DNA from: Trichodelitschia bisporula
Taxonomy: Eukaryota
Length of the DNA: 64,000 nt
Assembly: GCA_010356995.1 (NCBI GenBank)
Contig: ML996701.1
Coordinates: 488,963-552,962 of the forward strand
Direction: 5' to 3'
Below the pieces are notes generated by a model, which ran no database searches, was not told where the DNA came from, and worked only from the letters and a program-made list of their open reading frames with translations. Position numbers and translations under genes: made by a program. This document shows positions 62,853 through 64,000 of the stretch, in pieces (positions within the stretch are counted from its first letter, which is position 1; every line of letters begins with the position of its first letter).

Positions 62853-64000
62853 CTAGATTGAATTCCGCGCCGCATTTTGCCTTCCTCCCGCCACCACTGC
62901 CACAAAATCCGCATCCCTCACCTCCCCATCCGCCACCGGTACCACCGGCACAACTGGCACCGCCTGGACCGGACCTCCAGCTCCAGCTGCAGCCCCAAGC
63001 GGAGGCTCAACCGCAACCGCCGCCGCGACGGGCGTAACATCAGACGTAGTCCTCTGAGGCGGCCTCTTCCCCGGCGCACTCTTCCTCCGAAAATACCCCA
63101 GTAGGCTCGGGACCTTAATCTTCGCCGGCGCATACGCGGCCCTCATCCCCTCACTCGGCGGATCCAGTGCGGCGGCCGCACTCGCCTTTCGCTTAATCTC
63201 CGCCTGGCGCTCCGCATAGCTATCCTTCCACTCCTGATCCAGGTACCGCAGGGCGGCGTCCGCCGCGGATGCGTAGTCTGGGTAGTCTTCGGCGCAGGCC
63301 TGTTTTATGAGGCGCAGTTTCGCCATGTCGGAGGACGCTTTGCGCCGCTCGAAGACGGGGTGCCAGGCGAGGGCTTTGATGTCGTGGGTTAGGGCGCGGT
63401 GGATGGCGGGGGAGGACCCGGTGAGGGTGATGAGGCTGTCGACTTGCGCTCGGATAAAGGAGAGGAAGGTGGGGAAGCGGGTTACGTCGGTTATGGCCCA
63501 GTGTACGGGGGTTACGTCGAGCCCGCGGTTCGTTTCCCAGCGCTGCGCGAGGAGGGCTTCGAGGCGTTCGCGGAAGGATTCAAGTCGGGCGGTGTCGAGG
63601 GAGGGGTAGAAGGCTGAAGAGAGCTTTTTGGGGGGTTTGAGGCCGTGGGTTTGGAGTTGGTGGGTGCGGTCAGTGGTTATTATGCTTTTGATTAGGGTGC
63701 GGAGGGTGGATTCGATGGTCTGGCGGGTGGGTGGGTTGTCTAGTCGCGGATCGCGGGTGCTGTCGGCGTGGGTGAGGTTGAGGGTGTCGGCCCAGGCGAG
63801 GAGGTGGGCTTGCTGGATGCCGAGTTTTACGAGGAGAACTTTTTGAGATGGGTCCCAGTCATTGCTGGGGTGGATTAGGTTGAAGCATTCCTGTCCCCGT
63901 GGCGGTTAGGCGCGGCGCGATGTGAGGCTGGAAGACTTACGACGCAGGTACTGAAGAGCTGGGCTAGACTGAGGATACCGCCTGGGGCATGTGAGGAGGA
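62853..64000 (-). CDS. HeLo (prion-inhibition and propagation) domain protein; start outside window
   Basis: GGILSLAQLFSTCV|ECFNLI..QKVLLVKLGIQQAHLLAWADTL..RDPRLD..RQTIESTL..HWAITDVTRF..FLSFIRAQVDSL matches the HeLo pattern. Intron 63891-63940 (GTAAGT..CTAAC..CAG). The frame is continuous into ORF 62853..63326. Confidence 0.78.

Overview
Gene-dense, GC-rich DNA from a filamentous ascomycete (Pezizomycotina). The assignment rests on short 42-60 nt GT..AG introns with CTRAY branch sites and on fungal-type proteins; the species cannot be determined from this window. About 21 protein-coding loci are supported. Core genes: CCDC47/DUF1682-type protein, COX7, EMC1, RSR1, CDC11 septin, HSV2, IST3, dynein light intermediate chain and SMC3. 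Hydrolases: a carboxylesterase and a secreted aspartic protease. Accessory genes: an intronless actinobacterial-type (SAV2177-like) SAM methyltransferase, a PTH11-like receptor, a secreted Pro-rich protein with two SH3b-like Cys domains, a disrupted Crinkler (CRN)-like NTPase gene, a possible scavenging cluster (MDR reductase, DszA/NtaA-family flavin monooxygenase, DUR3-like symporter, PQ-loop transporter) and a HeLo-domain gene at the right edge. The most striking sequence-level observation is that the PQ-loop gene reads in frame only if a single-nucleotide exon at position 45804 is spliced in. No rRNA, tRNA, CRISPR array, riboswitch or intact transposon was recognised. All family calls are by eye from motifs and need HMM/BLAST confirmation.
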